A DNA stretch of 64,000 nucleotides from Acidobacteriota bacterium. Its GTDB lineage: Bacteria > Acidobacteriota > UBA890 > WLXD01. The position numbers and the translations under genes are program-made. The stretch lies in NCBI GenBank assembly GCA_963666055.2, contig CAXWPH010000006.1:352001-416000 (forward strand), in the 5' to 3' direction. Positions 51,260 through 62,107 of the stretch are shown piece by piece; within the stretch, counting starts at the first letter, position 1; every line of letters begins with the position of its first letter. The notes beneath the pieces were generated by a model. The model was given only the letters and a program-made list of their open reading frames with translations, searched no databases and was not told where the DNA came from.

Positions 51260-53027
51260 CTACGAACATAGCGGCCTCAGCGCGTGCACGAACGCGGCAG
51301 GCACGGTGGGATTCGCGAGCCCCCGCTCCCCGACGCCCTGACGCGCGATCCGAATCGTCGTGATGCCGTTGGGGAACATGATGACGCGCTGACCGCCCCA
51401 GCCCGACATGTACGACAGCTCGAGCTCGCATCCGTCGCCGGCGACAAACGGCCAGTGCCAGGTAGCCATGTGGTACGTGCGCATGCCTGCGTCGGTCGGA
51501 CGCCCGTACGGGAGTCCTCGGGTCGGCGTCTCGTACATGAGCTCGGCAAGCTTGTCTCGATGGAGAATCTGCCGTCCGTCGTGCTCGCCCTGATTCCGCA
51601 TCAGCATGGCGATGCGGGCCAGGTCTTCTAGCGTCGGAAAGAAAGCGCCCTGCACCATCGGGACGCCGACCGAGCCGTCGGGCTCGAGTGTCAGGGCCGC
51701 CGCCGGGTGTGCGCCGATTGGCCCATAGACTTCTTCGAGCAGGAACTCCCAGAGGTTGGCGGTCGGGCCCTCCTGTTCCTTCAGGTACGCGTCCGCCACA
51801 ACGCCGACGAGGAACATGTCCTGGTCGCGATAGCGGAAGACCTCCCCAGGACCCCAGGGGTGGTTGGTGGCGGCAAGCAACCCGGTGACCTTCTCGCGGC
51901 GTGAGTCGAGCGGGTACCACTCGTCGTAGCGCACCAGATAGCCATCGCTCTGGTTGTTGGGCTCGGTTACCTCGCTACCCTCCCCCACGCCGGTGGCCAT
52001 GTTCAGCGCGTCACCCACGGTGACGCCATCGTACCCGTGGTGGGGTGGAGTGGCCTCGATGTAGTCGAGGATCGGCAGATCGAAGACCTGCGGACCGTAC
52101 TTCTGTGCCAGCGCCAGCATCGCCACAGAGGCCATGGCGGTCTTGGTGGCCGACCAGACGCCGAAGCGCTGATCGTCGCAATAGGGAAGATCACCGAATG
52201 GCGTGTAGCAGGGGCTCCGGTAGAGCACGCCGTCCCGCAACAGCGCCAGCGCGATGATGTTATCGGGGCTCACCGTCTGGTCGGCCCCCTCGAGAGCTTC
52301 TGGCCCCACGCCTGCCCCGAGCTCTTCCCACGGCGCCACGGGCAATCGGCCGGCCAGCTCAGCGGCGTAGTCGGCCACCAGAGCGTCGACGTTGGCGGGG
52401 GGTGTGGGATCGTGGGCGATGTCCAGCTGCCCCCAGGCCTCGAAGAACTCCTCGACGTAGAACGGACTGGTCAGGGTGACGATCTGATAACGGAGCTGTG
52501 ATACCTCGTCGCCGTTGTAGAGGAACATCGCAACACCGTTGTGCGACTCGCCCTCCAGCGAGTTAGCCAGCGCGAACCCGAACGAGGCTCGCGACCACTC
52601 ACCATCGGCAGGCTCGGACCCAGATCCGCCCCGGAAAAACGAGGATGTCCCAGTAGCTACCGCCGGTCTTCAACGAACCGACCCGTATCAGCCCCCGATC
52701 TAGGGGTACCAGACGATCGCCGTGTGTGAAGAACGACAGCGACACACCGGGAAACAGCTGGGTGTCGCGATCAAGCACCATTCGCTTGGCGAACTGCGCC
52801 GGATCGGTGCTCATCTCCGCAGTCTCGAGGAGCAGCGTGCCCTCGAAGGAAGCGTGGGCGGGAGCGGCGCTGGCGCCGGGAAGGAAGGCGGAATTGGGCA
52901 TCACGCCCTCCGCGACCGCCGCGTCGACGAGCGATTCGGCGGACAGCTGCGGCGGCACCGACTGGTCACATCCGGTCAGCAGGAACACGTAGAGAAACGT
53001 CGGTGTCAGGTGCTTTCGAATTCGCAT
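51260..53027 (-). pseudogene. Beta-lactamase-family serine hydrolase lipoprotein split by one extra base (possible sequencing error)
   Basis: LLTGC lipobox. Removing one G at 52619-52621 joins PGRIW to SEPADGEWSRASFGFAL...MFLYN. SATK motif. Confidence 0.8.
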
Positions 53028-53079
53028 GGCCTTTGTCCTGGTGGCGGAAACAGGCGCTGGGTGACAAGCCGCGTGTTTC

Positions 53080-54502
53080 CTACCAGAGCTGTTCCTCCTT
53101 GACCGGGCCTTCGTCCCACATCTGCGCGCTCGAGATGTTCGGCATCCCCCAGTCGTTGCCGTTCCAGCCCGAGAAGCCCTTGAGACGGAAAGCCCAGAAA
53201 CCGGAGTTGAAATCGCTCACCACGATGAGGCCGTCGGCATCGCGCACATCAACGCCCCAGGCGCCAGTGTAAATGTTGCCGGTGGTGGCCTGCGGCGGCC
53301 GTTCGCCGTCGCCGTAGAGCAGCGGTCCTATTCGAGTCTGGTAGTAGCCCAGCGTGAAGGGGTGGGTCGGATCGGTCATATCGACGATCTGCAGTCCGTC
53401 GTCCTGGGCTGAGATGAAGACGTACGGCCAGCGCACCTCGTGGTTGTGGGTGGAGCCGCCGAACTTGGCGATCCAGGCGCCGATACCGGACCCGGTAATG
53501 ACGTTGGGCGTACGCTCGTCCCGATCCTGGCGGCCGAAGATCGAAGAACCGCACTGGTGAGTGCTGGTAGGTCGGCTCGGGCATGCCGACGGCGTAGCGG
53601 CCGTCGGGCGTCGGGGTGAAGGTGTGCCCATCCATGACGCCCGGAATGCCGGTGACCGTGGTGAGCAGGCGAGGGTTCTCGACGTCGGTGACGTCGAAGA
53701 CGTGGAAGCCGCCGGTGCCCGCCCCATAGAAGCGATCCTGCTCGGCGTCGGGCAGGTACCCCATGAACATGTCGTGCCATTGGCGGCTGCGCTCCGCTCT
53801 GGGCGTCGGGACCCGAATGTTCGAGACCGGCTCCGTGATGCCGCGGCCCAGCTGTCCGAAGTCATACAGGAAGACGTCTTCAGACTGGGTGGTCGCAGCG
53901 AGCAGGGCGCGACCATTCGAGTGCCTGTAGGTGAAGATGTTGTGGATCCCGCCGACCATATCCGGTAGTCGGATCTCCGCCACCTTGCGCACCGTCGAAG
54001 CATCCGGCAGCCCGGTGACGTCGAAGACCACAGCGCCGAGGTCAGCGTCCGGTCCGCCCTGTCCGAACTGGCACGACACCACCACGTAGTAACGGCCGTT
54101 GTCCTTGGCGTATTTGATGTCGACGCACCCAGTGCCCTGATGCAGGTCCGGATCGTCGATGATCCAGCGGTACAGGACCCTCGGTTTGTCCGGGTTCTCG
54201 ATGCTGATGGCGTAGAAGCCGGAATAGCCGAAACGCTGGGCTATGTAGGCGTAGGGCCGCGACATCTCCTGTTCGATCTCGATGTCGGCATGACTGAAGC
54301 GGATGCCGGGCAGCGGCAAATGCGACACCAACTCGATGTTGGGTGTGCCCGGCATACCGACCGGGTGGCCGGTCTCCGGCTGGATGCAGGTCGGATCGCC
54401 GAAACAGGTCACCTGAGCTCTGGCGCTGGTAGCGGAAAGACAGACAGCCGTGGCAGCGACGAGGATGATCGCAAACGGGGTCAACGGGCTCTTGCGGTGC
54501 AC
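53080..54502 (-). pseudogene. Secreted LVIVD-repeat protein split by one extra base near 53525
   Basis: ADIEIEQEMSRPY, GIHNIF, WHD, GHTFTPTPDG in one frame; HNHEVRWPYVF, GLQIVD, GAWGVDVR in the next. Total length is 3n+1. Confidence 0.8.
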
Positions 54503-54597
54503 GGAATGCTCCTGAGTCTCGAGGGGCGTTCGTCGCTCATCCCCTGGCGCGGGGCGACGACGGCGGGATTATCGGCGCGAGGTGATCGTCAGGCAAC

Positions 54598-54619
54598 CTA
54601 GCAGGCCACGGCCTGCTAG
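54598..54619. repeat. Collapsed MITE (22-bp palindrome)
   Basis: CTAGCAGGCC-AC-GGCCTGCTAG is the outer ends of both TIRs joined. It contains the stop codon of the CGNR gene. Confidence 0.85.
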
Positions 54620-55203
54620 GCGGTCCGCGCCCGAAACCGCCGCGCCTTGGCGCGGTTTCCGCAGGTGGCCATATCGCACCAGCAGCGACTGTGGTTCTTG
54701 CTCGTATCCACGAACAGCCAATCGCAGCCGGAGGCGCGACACGTCGTGACGCGTTCGAGCTCATCGCCCACCAACAAGTCCGCCACAGCGCGCGCCAGCG
54801 GCCACAGAGGCCGGCACAGATCCACCGGGCGTCCGCCTTGCCAGCAACGCTCGAAGCGGCCGTCAACGGAGACGATGCGAGCACGCGATTCAGCCTCTGT
54901 GACCTCTCGATTGATCGCCGCCAGAGCTTCGCGAGGCGCACCACGTCCCCCGATCGCGGCCTCGACCAATCGTTGAATGGCGTCGGCCAGCGTGTCGGCG
55001 CGCGCCACCACCGCGGTCGCATCGGAGGGCCGTCGTCGCGCCGTGCGCGCCAGTCGGTCGGCCTCCTCGACAGAGAGCGTTCCCGAACGCCTGGCAATCT
55101 CCAGGAGACCCAGGTAGGGGCGCGCCGGGTCAAGCTCGCGCATCGTCTGACGGTTGTTAGCCAGATCCAGCCCAGCGTTCCCGGCGACCAGATCGATGCT
55201 CAT
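54616..55203 (-). CDS. ABATE/CGNR zinc-finger protein
   Basis: GLDLAN. CRASGCDWLFVDTSKNHSRCWCDMATCGNRAKARRFR. Confidence 0.92.
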   Translation of the reverse strand: MSIDLVAGNAGLDLANNRQTMRELDPARPYLGLLEIARRSGTLSVEEADRLARTARRRPSDATAVVARADTLADAIQRLVEAAIGGRGAPREALAAINREVTEAESRARIVSVDGRFERCWQGGRPVDLCRPLWPLARAVADLLVGDELERVTTCRASGCDWLFVDTSKNHSRCWCDMATCGNRAKARRFRARTA

Positions 55204-55241
55204 TTGATCTCCGCGACTATCGGTATGACTACTCTTTACGA

Positions 55242-55317
55242 TAACCGTCATTATTATATTTGACAAGTTACGGATCGACATACTACCGTAACTATCAAAA
55301 TAAACTTTTACTAGTTA
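55242..55317. promoter_or_regulatory. Two 29-bp TAAC-N21-GTTA operator-like sites
   Basis: 55242-55270 TAACCGTCATTATTATATTTGACAAGTTA and 55289-55317 TAACTATCAAAATAAACTTTTACTAGTTA in an AT-rich divergent intergenic region. Confidence 0.7.
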
Positions 55318-55356
55318 TTACCGAGTTTACTAGTTCTTATCGAGGAGACGCCAGCC

Positions 55357-56298
55357 ATGTCTACCTTGACCGAAGCTTCCCCCCGAGAAGCTCTCATCGA
55401 GCGTCGCCACCGACTCCAGCACCTCGTCGACGGCATCGGCGCAGCTCCGGATCTGGCGCGTTTAATCGCCGAAGTCGACGATGCGCTGGAACGCTTCGAT
55501 CAGGGCACGCACGACGTTTGCGTTGTCTGCGACGAGTCGATGCCCGAGGAGCTCGACCGTCACCCGATGGGTCGCTACTGCCTCTGTGATCTAACCAAAC
55601 AGCAGGTCCGGGCGCTGGAGAACGACCTGGAGACCGCCTGGAGCATCCAGGTCGGCCTGTTACCTGAGCAGGACGTCAGCGTCGGCGGCTGGACGAGCCA
55701 CTTCCGATATTTGCCGGCCGGGCCGGTTAGCGGCGACGTAGTCGACCTGGTTGCTCACCCCGACGACTCGCTCTATTTCCTACTCGGCGACGTTGCCGGA
55801 AAGGGCGTGTCGGCCGCACTGCTGATGGCTCATCTCGGTGCTCACTTCCGCCGCCTGGCGGAAGAGAAGTTACCGATCGCCGACACCGTTCGGCAGCTCA
55901 GCGACAAGCTTGCCGAGCGTACGGGACCGGCACGCTATGTCACCTTGGTGGCAGGTGTGGCGTGGCCCGACGGCCGGCTGCAGCTCGCCAGCGCCGGACA
56001 CTTGCCTGCGCTGCTGACGCGTTGCGGCGCAGTCGAGCGGCTGGACGCCACGGGTATCCCTGCGGGCCTGTTCCAAGGCAGCGACTACGGCGTGCACGAG
56101 CGCACGCTGGCGGCGGGCGAGTCGATCGTGCTCTACACCGACGGCCTGGTCGAAAGCACCGACCCGGGGGGCGACGAGTACGGAATCCCGCGCCTGTCGT
56201 GCGAGCTCGAGGCGTGGCGAAGCCTGGCGCCCGATGCCCTGGCGGCGACGGTTCTGTCTGCCGCCGAGGCGTTCCGAGCCGGCGCACCGGCAGGCGAT
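55357..56298 (+). CDS. RsbU/SpoIIE (PP2C) phosphatase with N-terminal DksA/TraR-like zinc finger; native C-terminus lost
   Basis: CVVC...YCLCD. VSGD, LGDVAGKG, SAGH, LYTDGLVE. Homology stops at APAGD, before the expected D-x-T strand; the ORF then runs on antisense to 56622. Confidence 0.85.
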
Positions 56299-56748
56299 GG
56301 CGAATCCGTTGTCCTTGTAGCGGCGGATCTCGACCAGATCGAACCGGATGTCGCTGTCAGCGTACGAATCGTTCAGCACGTCCATCTGGCGGTTGCCGCG
56401 ATCGTCGGTCACATTGAACTTGCCGTTCTTTTTGGTGACCACGTGGACCACCACGGGAATCGTCGTGACGCCGCGCTCGGCACGCATCGCCATCGCCCGC
56501 CTCATATAAGGGGCCAACAGGCGATCGGTCAGCTCACGCTCCTCTCTCGTCACCGTCCGCGCGGCGCAACGAACACCGAGATGGCGGTTCCGGGCGGGAC
56601 CGGAGAAGATGTCTTGCGGTAAGCTCCCGCGCTCCACGCGGCTCTGCTGGGCAAGCGCCAGGACGGCGCGAACCGCTTCGTCCTGCGCCTGCGCGACGGA
56701 ACCCGGGACCAATAGGGTGACAGCAACGACCAGGCAGGCTGTTTTCAC
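56290..56748 (-). pseudogene. N-terminal part of a secreted M43 (pappalysin/ulilysin-like) metalloprotease
   Basis: Signal peptide, RCA Cys-switch-like motif, TIPVVVHVV, QMDVLNDSYA, IRFDL. Truncated before HExxH. Confidence 0.75.
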
Positions 56749-57025
56749 GGCTGGTTCTCCGAGAAGAAGGCACTTCGCTCAGTCTTCAACGCGAAATCGA
56801 GCGCACAAAAGGATCGTCCGGCGGGGCATTCTTTATTTCTCGTGCGCGTGAGCGGCGCCCTAGTCGCTATGGCCTCAACGCCCCTGGCGACCTCGGCAGC
56901 ACTCGCCCGGGCGATGCCGCGAAGGCGGCGACCGTTACCCCGGCCGCAACCAACCCGGGCCATGACGCGATCGCGTCGATCGAAGCGCTGGCACCTTCGA
57001 CGCGATGCTTCTGTGCGCCTCATGC

Positions 57026-58564
57026 CTAACCGACGATCTGCTCCATGTACCATTCGGCGAAATTGCTCGGACCGGTCTCAGCGGTTGAGTAGCGTCCGGA
57101 CCTGTAGCTGCCCGACCGCACGCCCTGCTGGTTGTTCTCCACCACCCAGATGTCTTCCTGGATGGTGATGTGCCACAGCGCCATCAGCTCGTCACGATCG
57201 TAGTCGCGCCCCTCTACCGCGTCGGGGTGTACGAGCCATATCAGCTCGCAGTCAGTGAGGGCCGGCCCACGTGGCGTGAACCGCGCGATGGCGACGTGAT
57301 CGTCGTAGCACTGCGCGTAATAGGAGAAGAAGCGTGTCGCCGCGATCCTTGTCCCGTACGTCCAGTCGTCGATATTGGGCAGCAGCGGCGCCAGCGGCTT
57401 GCCGTCGACCGAGCCGGTCATGTAACCGGAGTTGAGCCTCCCGAAGACCCCGTAGGTCTCTGATCCAGATCCACCTCCACTCCCCATCCCCATGCCACCG
57501 CCGAAACCGCCTCCGAGATTTCTTTGCCCCTCGGGTTTGACCCAGGCACGCACGCTGGCGGCGCGCTGAGCGTGCTGCTCGGGGGTGCCTTCCATGTCGT
57601 AGTTGTGTGTCGTCACCAGCGACTTGTGCGCCGGCCCGCAGTGGTAGCACTCCTGAAAGTTCTCCAGCGCCAGCTTCCAGTTGCCGGAGATCGAGTACTT
57701 CTGCCGCACGGCGACCTTGAGCTCGGCGGTGCCGTAGTACTCGAGCGTCGGGCGCAAGCCACCGACCTGTTCGTCGAAGTCCGGGGGCTCGGCCGCCTGA
57801 GACAAATTGAGGAAGATGTTGCCCTCGAGGTTGCGCAGGTAGCACGGGATGAGCCCGTTGTCGGCCGGATCGAAATCCTCCTGCATGCCGTAGGCGTAGA
57901 TGAGGCTGCCCTCGGTGTCATAGGTCCAGGCGTGGTAGGGGCAGCGGAACACCGGGCTACTGCCGTTGCTACCGAGCTGCTTCACCGAAAGGCGGGGGTC
58001 CCCCGGCACCGCGTCGCCATCATGTCGGCACAGCCGCGATCCGCGATGCCGGCACACGTTGTGAAACGCCTTCACGTCGCCGCCGTTGCCACGCACGACG
58101 ATGACGCTGTCGTTGCCGCCATACTCGAAGACGAAGTAGTCGCCGGCGGTCGGAATCCGGCAGGCGACGTCGGCGAACATCCACTGGCTCTCTCTGAGAA
58201 ACGCCTCATCCTTCAGGTAGTGTTCCTCGTCGAAGTAGTACTCGCCCGCGATCGTCCTGCCCGGTTGCCAGCCACCCGGGTAGCTCTTGCGAGTGGATGT
58301 GGCCGGAACCGCGCTCGGGTGCGCACCGACGCCCCCGTAGCCGATCACATGCTCCGGCGGCGAGACGCGCGGCGCCGGCAGCGCGGCGCGATTCGCCGCC
58401 GACACCTTGCCGGCGGCCGTCGGAGCAGCACCGGTGAGGGTGTCTCCGCGCAATGCCGTCGGGAGCGCTACCGCCGCCGCACCGGCAGCCACCGAGGTCT
58501 TGGCAAAGGTCCGCCGGCTGACTGTGGTAGCGGTTGCTGCTTCGTCGGGGTCGCTGTTGCCCAT
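57026..58564 (-). CDS. Rieske non-heme iron oxygenase alpha subunit (GbcA/CMO-like) with Tat signal
   Basis: VSRRTFAK. NVCRHRG...CPYHAWTY. NWKLALENFQECYHC..AH. QED. Confidence 0.9.
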   Translation of the reverse strand: MGNSDPDEAATATTVSRRTFAKTSVAAGAAAVALPTALRGDTLTGAAPTAAGKVSAANRAALPAPRVSPPEHVIGYGGVGAHPSAVPATSTRKSYPGGWQPGRTIAGEYYFDEEHYLKDEAFLRESQWMFADVACRIPTAGDYFVFEYGGNDSVIVVRGNGGDVKAFHNVCRHRGSRLCRHDGDAVPGDPRLSVKQLGSNGSSPVFRCPYHAWTYDTEGSLIYAYGMQEDFDPADNGLIPCYLRNLEGNIFLNLSQAAEPPDFDEQVGGLRPTLEYYGTAELKVAVRQKYSISGNWKLALENFQECYHCGPAHKSLVTTHNYDMEGTPEQHAQRAASVRAWVKPEGQRNLGGGFGGGMGMGSGGGSGSETYGVFGRLNSGYMTGSVDGKPLAPLLPNIDDWTYGTRIAATRFFSYYAQCYDDHVAIARFTPRGPALTDCELIWLVHPDAVEGRDYDRDELMALWHITIQEDIWVVENNQQGVRSGSYRSGRYSTAETGPSNFAEWYMEQIVG

Positions 58565-58599
58565 GTTGATCTCCCTCAAAAGCCTGAGACGCGTAGTGT

Positions 58600-60468
58600 T
58601 CAGAAGTCTATTTTGACAGCGCGCGGGGCTTCAAGGGGCGCCGATCCGGGGTCCCTCCGAATCGACGTGCCGTGCCGATGATCGGCTGTTTCCGACGGCA
58701 CCAGAAAGAGGCCGTGCCGTCGTGCCCAATCACCAAGGGCGCGGCTGCTAGTCCAGCGCACCAAAGGCGCCGCCAACAGCATCCCAGCGAAGATGGGCGC
58801 CAGCCAGAGGGCGAACGCGGTGCTGTAATACAGCGTAGCGCCGGCCCAGGCGAAGCCAATCACGGTAATCCAGGAGGTTTTCCTGGCCGCGGTGGCCCAC
58901 GAGACGTCCCTTCCGTGCCGCCGCTGAGCGCTCCACTGAATGGTGTGTCCCGTCAGCACGCTGAGCACGGAGCGCGAGTGGTAGATCATCATCAGCGGCG
59001 CGGTAACAACTGCGAAGACCATCTCCAAGAATGCGCTGAGGACGAGCCGTCGGGCACCCCCGAAGGACCTCCGATGACGCGCGATGCCGAGCGTCAGACC
59101 CAGGAGCTTCGGGACGAACAGGATGAGCGTGGTGACGACGAGAAGCGACGGGAGCAGAGACGAGTCAGGCAACGGTAGCCCGGCAAGCACGGCATACGGC
59201 ACGGCGGGAGCCAGGTTCACGCCGGCGCTGTCGAGCAAGACGTACGCGGTGCTCGCCAATAACAACAACAACCACAAGACCGACGACACGTAGCCCAGCG
59301 CGCCAAGCACGAAGTGCAGCCGGCTTATCGGGTGCAGGCCGCGCGTCAGCAGCAGCCGCAGGTGCTGGAGGCTCCCCTGAGCCCAGCGGCGGTCGCGCTT
59401 GGCGTAGTCGAGGATGGTGCCCGGAACCTCCTCGTAGCTTCCATCAACGAACGGCAGCACGTATACGTGCCATCCGGCGCGTCGCAGGAGCGCCGCCTCG
59501 ACGAAGTCATGACTCAAGATCTCACCCCCCCAAGGGGGCTTGCCACGGAGCACGGGTAGGTCGCAATGGTCGGTGAAGGCGCGCACCCTCACGATGGCAT
59601 TGTGCCCCCAGTAATTAGCGGCGTCTCCCTGCCAGAAGCTTTGACCCGTCGCCAGCATCGGGCTGTAGAGACAGGCGGCAAACTGCAACAGGCGACCGAA
59701 GAGCGTCGTCTGACAACTCGGCACCGGCACGGTCTGGATGAGCCCGGCTGCCGGGTTGGATTGCATTGCCAGCACCAGCTCCACCAGCGCCGGCCCGCTC
59801 ATCACGCTGTCGGCGTCGAGCACCACCATGAAGTCGTAGAGCGCACCCCAACGCTCGCAGAAATCGGCGATATTGCCGGCCTTACGACCCACGTTCGCCT
59901 GCCGACGTCGATAGTGCAGCGACACAACGCCCGCCCATTGGGCGCGGACTTTCTCCCAGGCAACCTGCTCGTCACCAGCGATCGCCTCGTCCGTCGTATC
60001 GCTCAAGAGATAGATGTCGAAGACTCCCGCCTCGCCGCTCGCCACCAGCGAGCGAATCGTCGCCCCCAGACCACCCATGACGCGTGCCGGCTGCTCGTTG
60101 TGGATCGGCATCACCACCGCCGTTCGCGTGGTGATTGTGCTGTCCGGAGTGACGCTCGAGGTCGACGCGGCAGGCGACAGTGGATCGCGTCGGGCGAGCT
60201 GCAGCGCGAACCCGATGACCGAGTTCCAGAACGCCACGGATATCCACGCGAACGTCAGCGCGAACAGCGGCAGGATCGCGAGCTCGAGAGGTGTCAGGCC
60301 GGCGACGCGGAATATGCCGAGCATCATGGCGGTAGCGGCCAGCGTGGTGATTCCGACCAACCCGAAGAACAGGCACCGGCGCGCCCCGATGCGCCCGGCG
60401 CTGAGGATGCGCCCGCCGCGCGGTTTCGCCGACGACGAGCTACTGGGAAGGGTCCGGGTACCAGACAT
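58600..60468 (-). CDS. opgH: Glucans biosynthesis glucosyltransferase H
   Basis: MPIHNE, LSDT, RKAGNI, LDADS, YWGHNAI, LSHDFVEAA, RDRRWAQG. Confidence 0.95.
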   Translation of the reverse strand: MSGTRTLPSSSSSAKPRGGRILSAGRIGARRCLFFGLVGITTLAATAMMLGIFRVAGLTPLELAILPLFALTFAWISVAFWNSVIGFALQLARRDPLSPAASTSSVTPDSTITTRTAVVMPIHNEQPARVMGGLGATIRSLVASGEAGVFDIYLLSDTTDEAIAGDEQVAWEKVRAQWAGVVSLHYRRRQANVGRKAGNIADFCERWGALYDFMVVLDADSVMSGPALVELVLAMQSNPAAGLIQTVPVPSCQTTLFGRLLQFAACLYSPMLATGQSFWQGDAANYWGHNAIVRVRAFTDHCDLPVLRGKPPWGGEILSHDFVEAALLRRAGWHVYVLPFVDGSYEEVPGTILDYAKRDRRWAQGSLQHLRLLLTRGLHPISRLHFVLGALGYVSSVLWLLLLLASTAYVLLDSAGVNLAPAVPYAVLAGLPLPDSSLLPSLLVVTTLILFVPKLLGLTLGIARHRRSFGGARRLVLSAFLEMVFAVVTAPLMMIYHSRSVLSVLTGHTIQWSAQRRHGRDVSWATAARKTSWITVIGFAWAGATLYYSTAFALWLAPIFAGMLLAAPLVRWTSSRALGDWARRHGLFLVPSETADHRHGTSIRRDPGSAPLEAPRAVKIDF

Positions 60469-62107
60469 AGGTCCAGGTTTCGGTCAGCTTGGCGCCGTCG
60501 GCTGTGAGGAAAAGCCGCATGTCGGCCGGACGCTCGCCATCGGGTATCAAGTCGAAGGTGGCGCGCCACCCGGCGCCGTCAGGAAGCAGTTGCACACTCG
60601 GGCTCGACGTTTGCCCGCTGGAAGTCTCCAATACGGCTGCTACAAGCCCCGCGTCTTGGAGTGCTGAGGTAGCCGGCGCACCGAAATCGATCACGAACCG
60701 CCGATGGCTGCGCGGCGGCGGGTCGCTTTGGCCAGGCAAAGCATCCCATCCGACTCGTGCGCGCTCAACTTGCAACAAGCTCTGCGCATCCAACCGTCGA
60801 TCGAAGGTGATGAGCCGATAGCGGTATCGCCGGCTCTCCCCGGCGAGGAAGGGCTGGTCGGGCGCCCAGTAGGCGACGATGTTGTCGTTGGTTTCCGAGC
60901 TCGTCGGAATCTCGACGAGCTCCACGCCTCCACTCCCCCAGGCGGCATCCTCGGTGTCGACCCATACGCTGGGACGGCGCTGATAGTTGGTCTCGAGGTC
61001 GAGGTAGGCCTCGAACCGCCGGGCGCGCTGAATCAAGCCGAAGCCACGTGGATCACGGTCACGCAGCGAGGTAACGCGCACCTCACGACGGTTGCTGAGC
61101 GGCCGCAGAATCCACTCGTCGGCCCTGGTCCGCATCAACAAGCCATCCGAATCGTGCACTTGCGGACGGTAGTCGTCGAATTCCCGAGCTCGATTCGGGC
61201 CGTAAAGGAACATGCTGGTCAGCGGGGCGACGCCGAGCTTGGCAATGTCCCGGCGGGCGTGCAATCGGGCGTCAACCCGGAGAACGGTGCTCGCCCCCGG
61301 CTGCAGATCGAAGCGGTACGCGCCGGTGACCGACGGACTGTCGAGCAAGGCGAAGAAGACCAGCGCGGTGTCGGCCGGAGCCGGACGGAGAAGCCAAAAC
61401 TCACCAAAGACCGGGAACTCCTCGTGCCCCGGCGGCACCACATCAACAGCCAGGCCCCGACCGGAGAGCCCATGAACCTGTCCGCCTCCGACCAGGCGAA
61501 AGTACGAGGCACCCAGGAAGACGGCTACCTCCTGGCTGCGATCCGGGCTCTCGAGAGGATAGTGAACGCGGAACCCGGCGTAGCCGAGCTCCGGCGTGAG
61601 CATCTCGGCGACACCGGCGAGCGTCTCGGGGTAGCGAAAACTCTCCCGGTCGAGAAATAGCTCATCGATGCGCCCGTCTTCGACGGCGTGAATGCGCACG
61701 GGCTGCTCATAGCGGAAGCCCGGATGGAAGAACTGCACCTCGAAGAGCGTCTCGCCGCGCCACAGGGCCGCCTCCGGCCGAAACTCGATCGAGCGATACT
61801 GCGCATCGTCCAATTGCGCTAGAGCGTCGGGCGTGACGCGCCCGCCTGCCGTGTACGGGAGCTGCGCCAACCTGCGCGCCCGCTCGTCGACATACTCCTG
61901 CAGCGCGGCAGCGGTGACCGGGCGCGGGAGTGGCACAGATGACTCGGCAGCGCGTCGCTGGTGCGCCGTTGCCGCCGCGGGTTCGTCCTCGACCGGCTTG
62001 GTGTGACGGCCGCCCGTCGATAGTGTGGGGTCCGACCCACAAGCCGAGAACGCCAACATCGCCAAGAGCACTAGCAACGGCCGCGCAAGCCAGGCACTGA
62101 GCTGCAT
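60440..62107 (-). CDS. opgG: Glucans biosynthesis protein G/D with lipoprotein-like signal
   Basis: FLGASYFR, GLSGRGLA, EEFP, APLTSMF, RPQVHDSDGL, GFGLIQR, DNIVAYW, TETW. FSAC lipobox. Confidence 0.93.
   Translation of the reverse strand: MQLSAWLARPLLVLLAMLAFSACGSDPTLSTGGRHTKPVEDEPAAATAHQRRAAESSVPLPRPVTAAALQEYVDERARRLAQLPYTAGGRVTPDALAQLDDAQYRSIEFRPEAALWRGETLFEVQFFHPGFRYEQPVRIHAVEDGRIDELFLDRESFRYPETLAGVAEMLTPELGYAGFRVHYPLESPDRSQEVAVFLGASYFRLVGGGQVHGLSGRGLAVDVVPPGHEEFPVFGEFWLLRPAPADTALVFFALLDSPSVTGAYRFDLQPGASTVLRVDARLHARRDIAKLGVAPLTSMFLYGPNRAREFDDYRPQVHDSDGLLMRTRADEWILRPLSNRREVRVTSLRDRDPRGFGLIQRARRFEAYLDLETNYQRRPSVWVDTEDAAWGSGGVELVEIPTSSETNDNIVAYWAPDQPFLAGESRRYRYRLITFDRRLDAQSLLQVERARVGWDALPGQSDPPPRSHRRFVIDFGAPATSALQDAGLVAAVLETSSGQTSSPSVQLLPDGAGWRATFDLIPDGERPADMRLFLTADGAKLTETWTYVWYPDPSQ

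Noticed and set aside
52599-52601. TGA ending ORF 52599-53027 as a third Sec codon
   Set aside because: The downstream part is in a different frame and a one-base insertion explains the split. There is no redox motif.
56299-56622. C-terminal extension of the PP2C ORF as a real domain
   Set aside because: It is the antisense reading of the truncated M43 protease gene.
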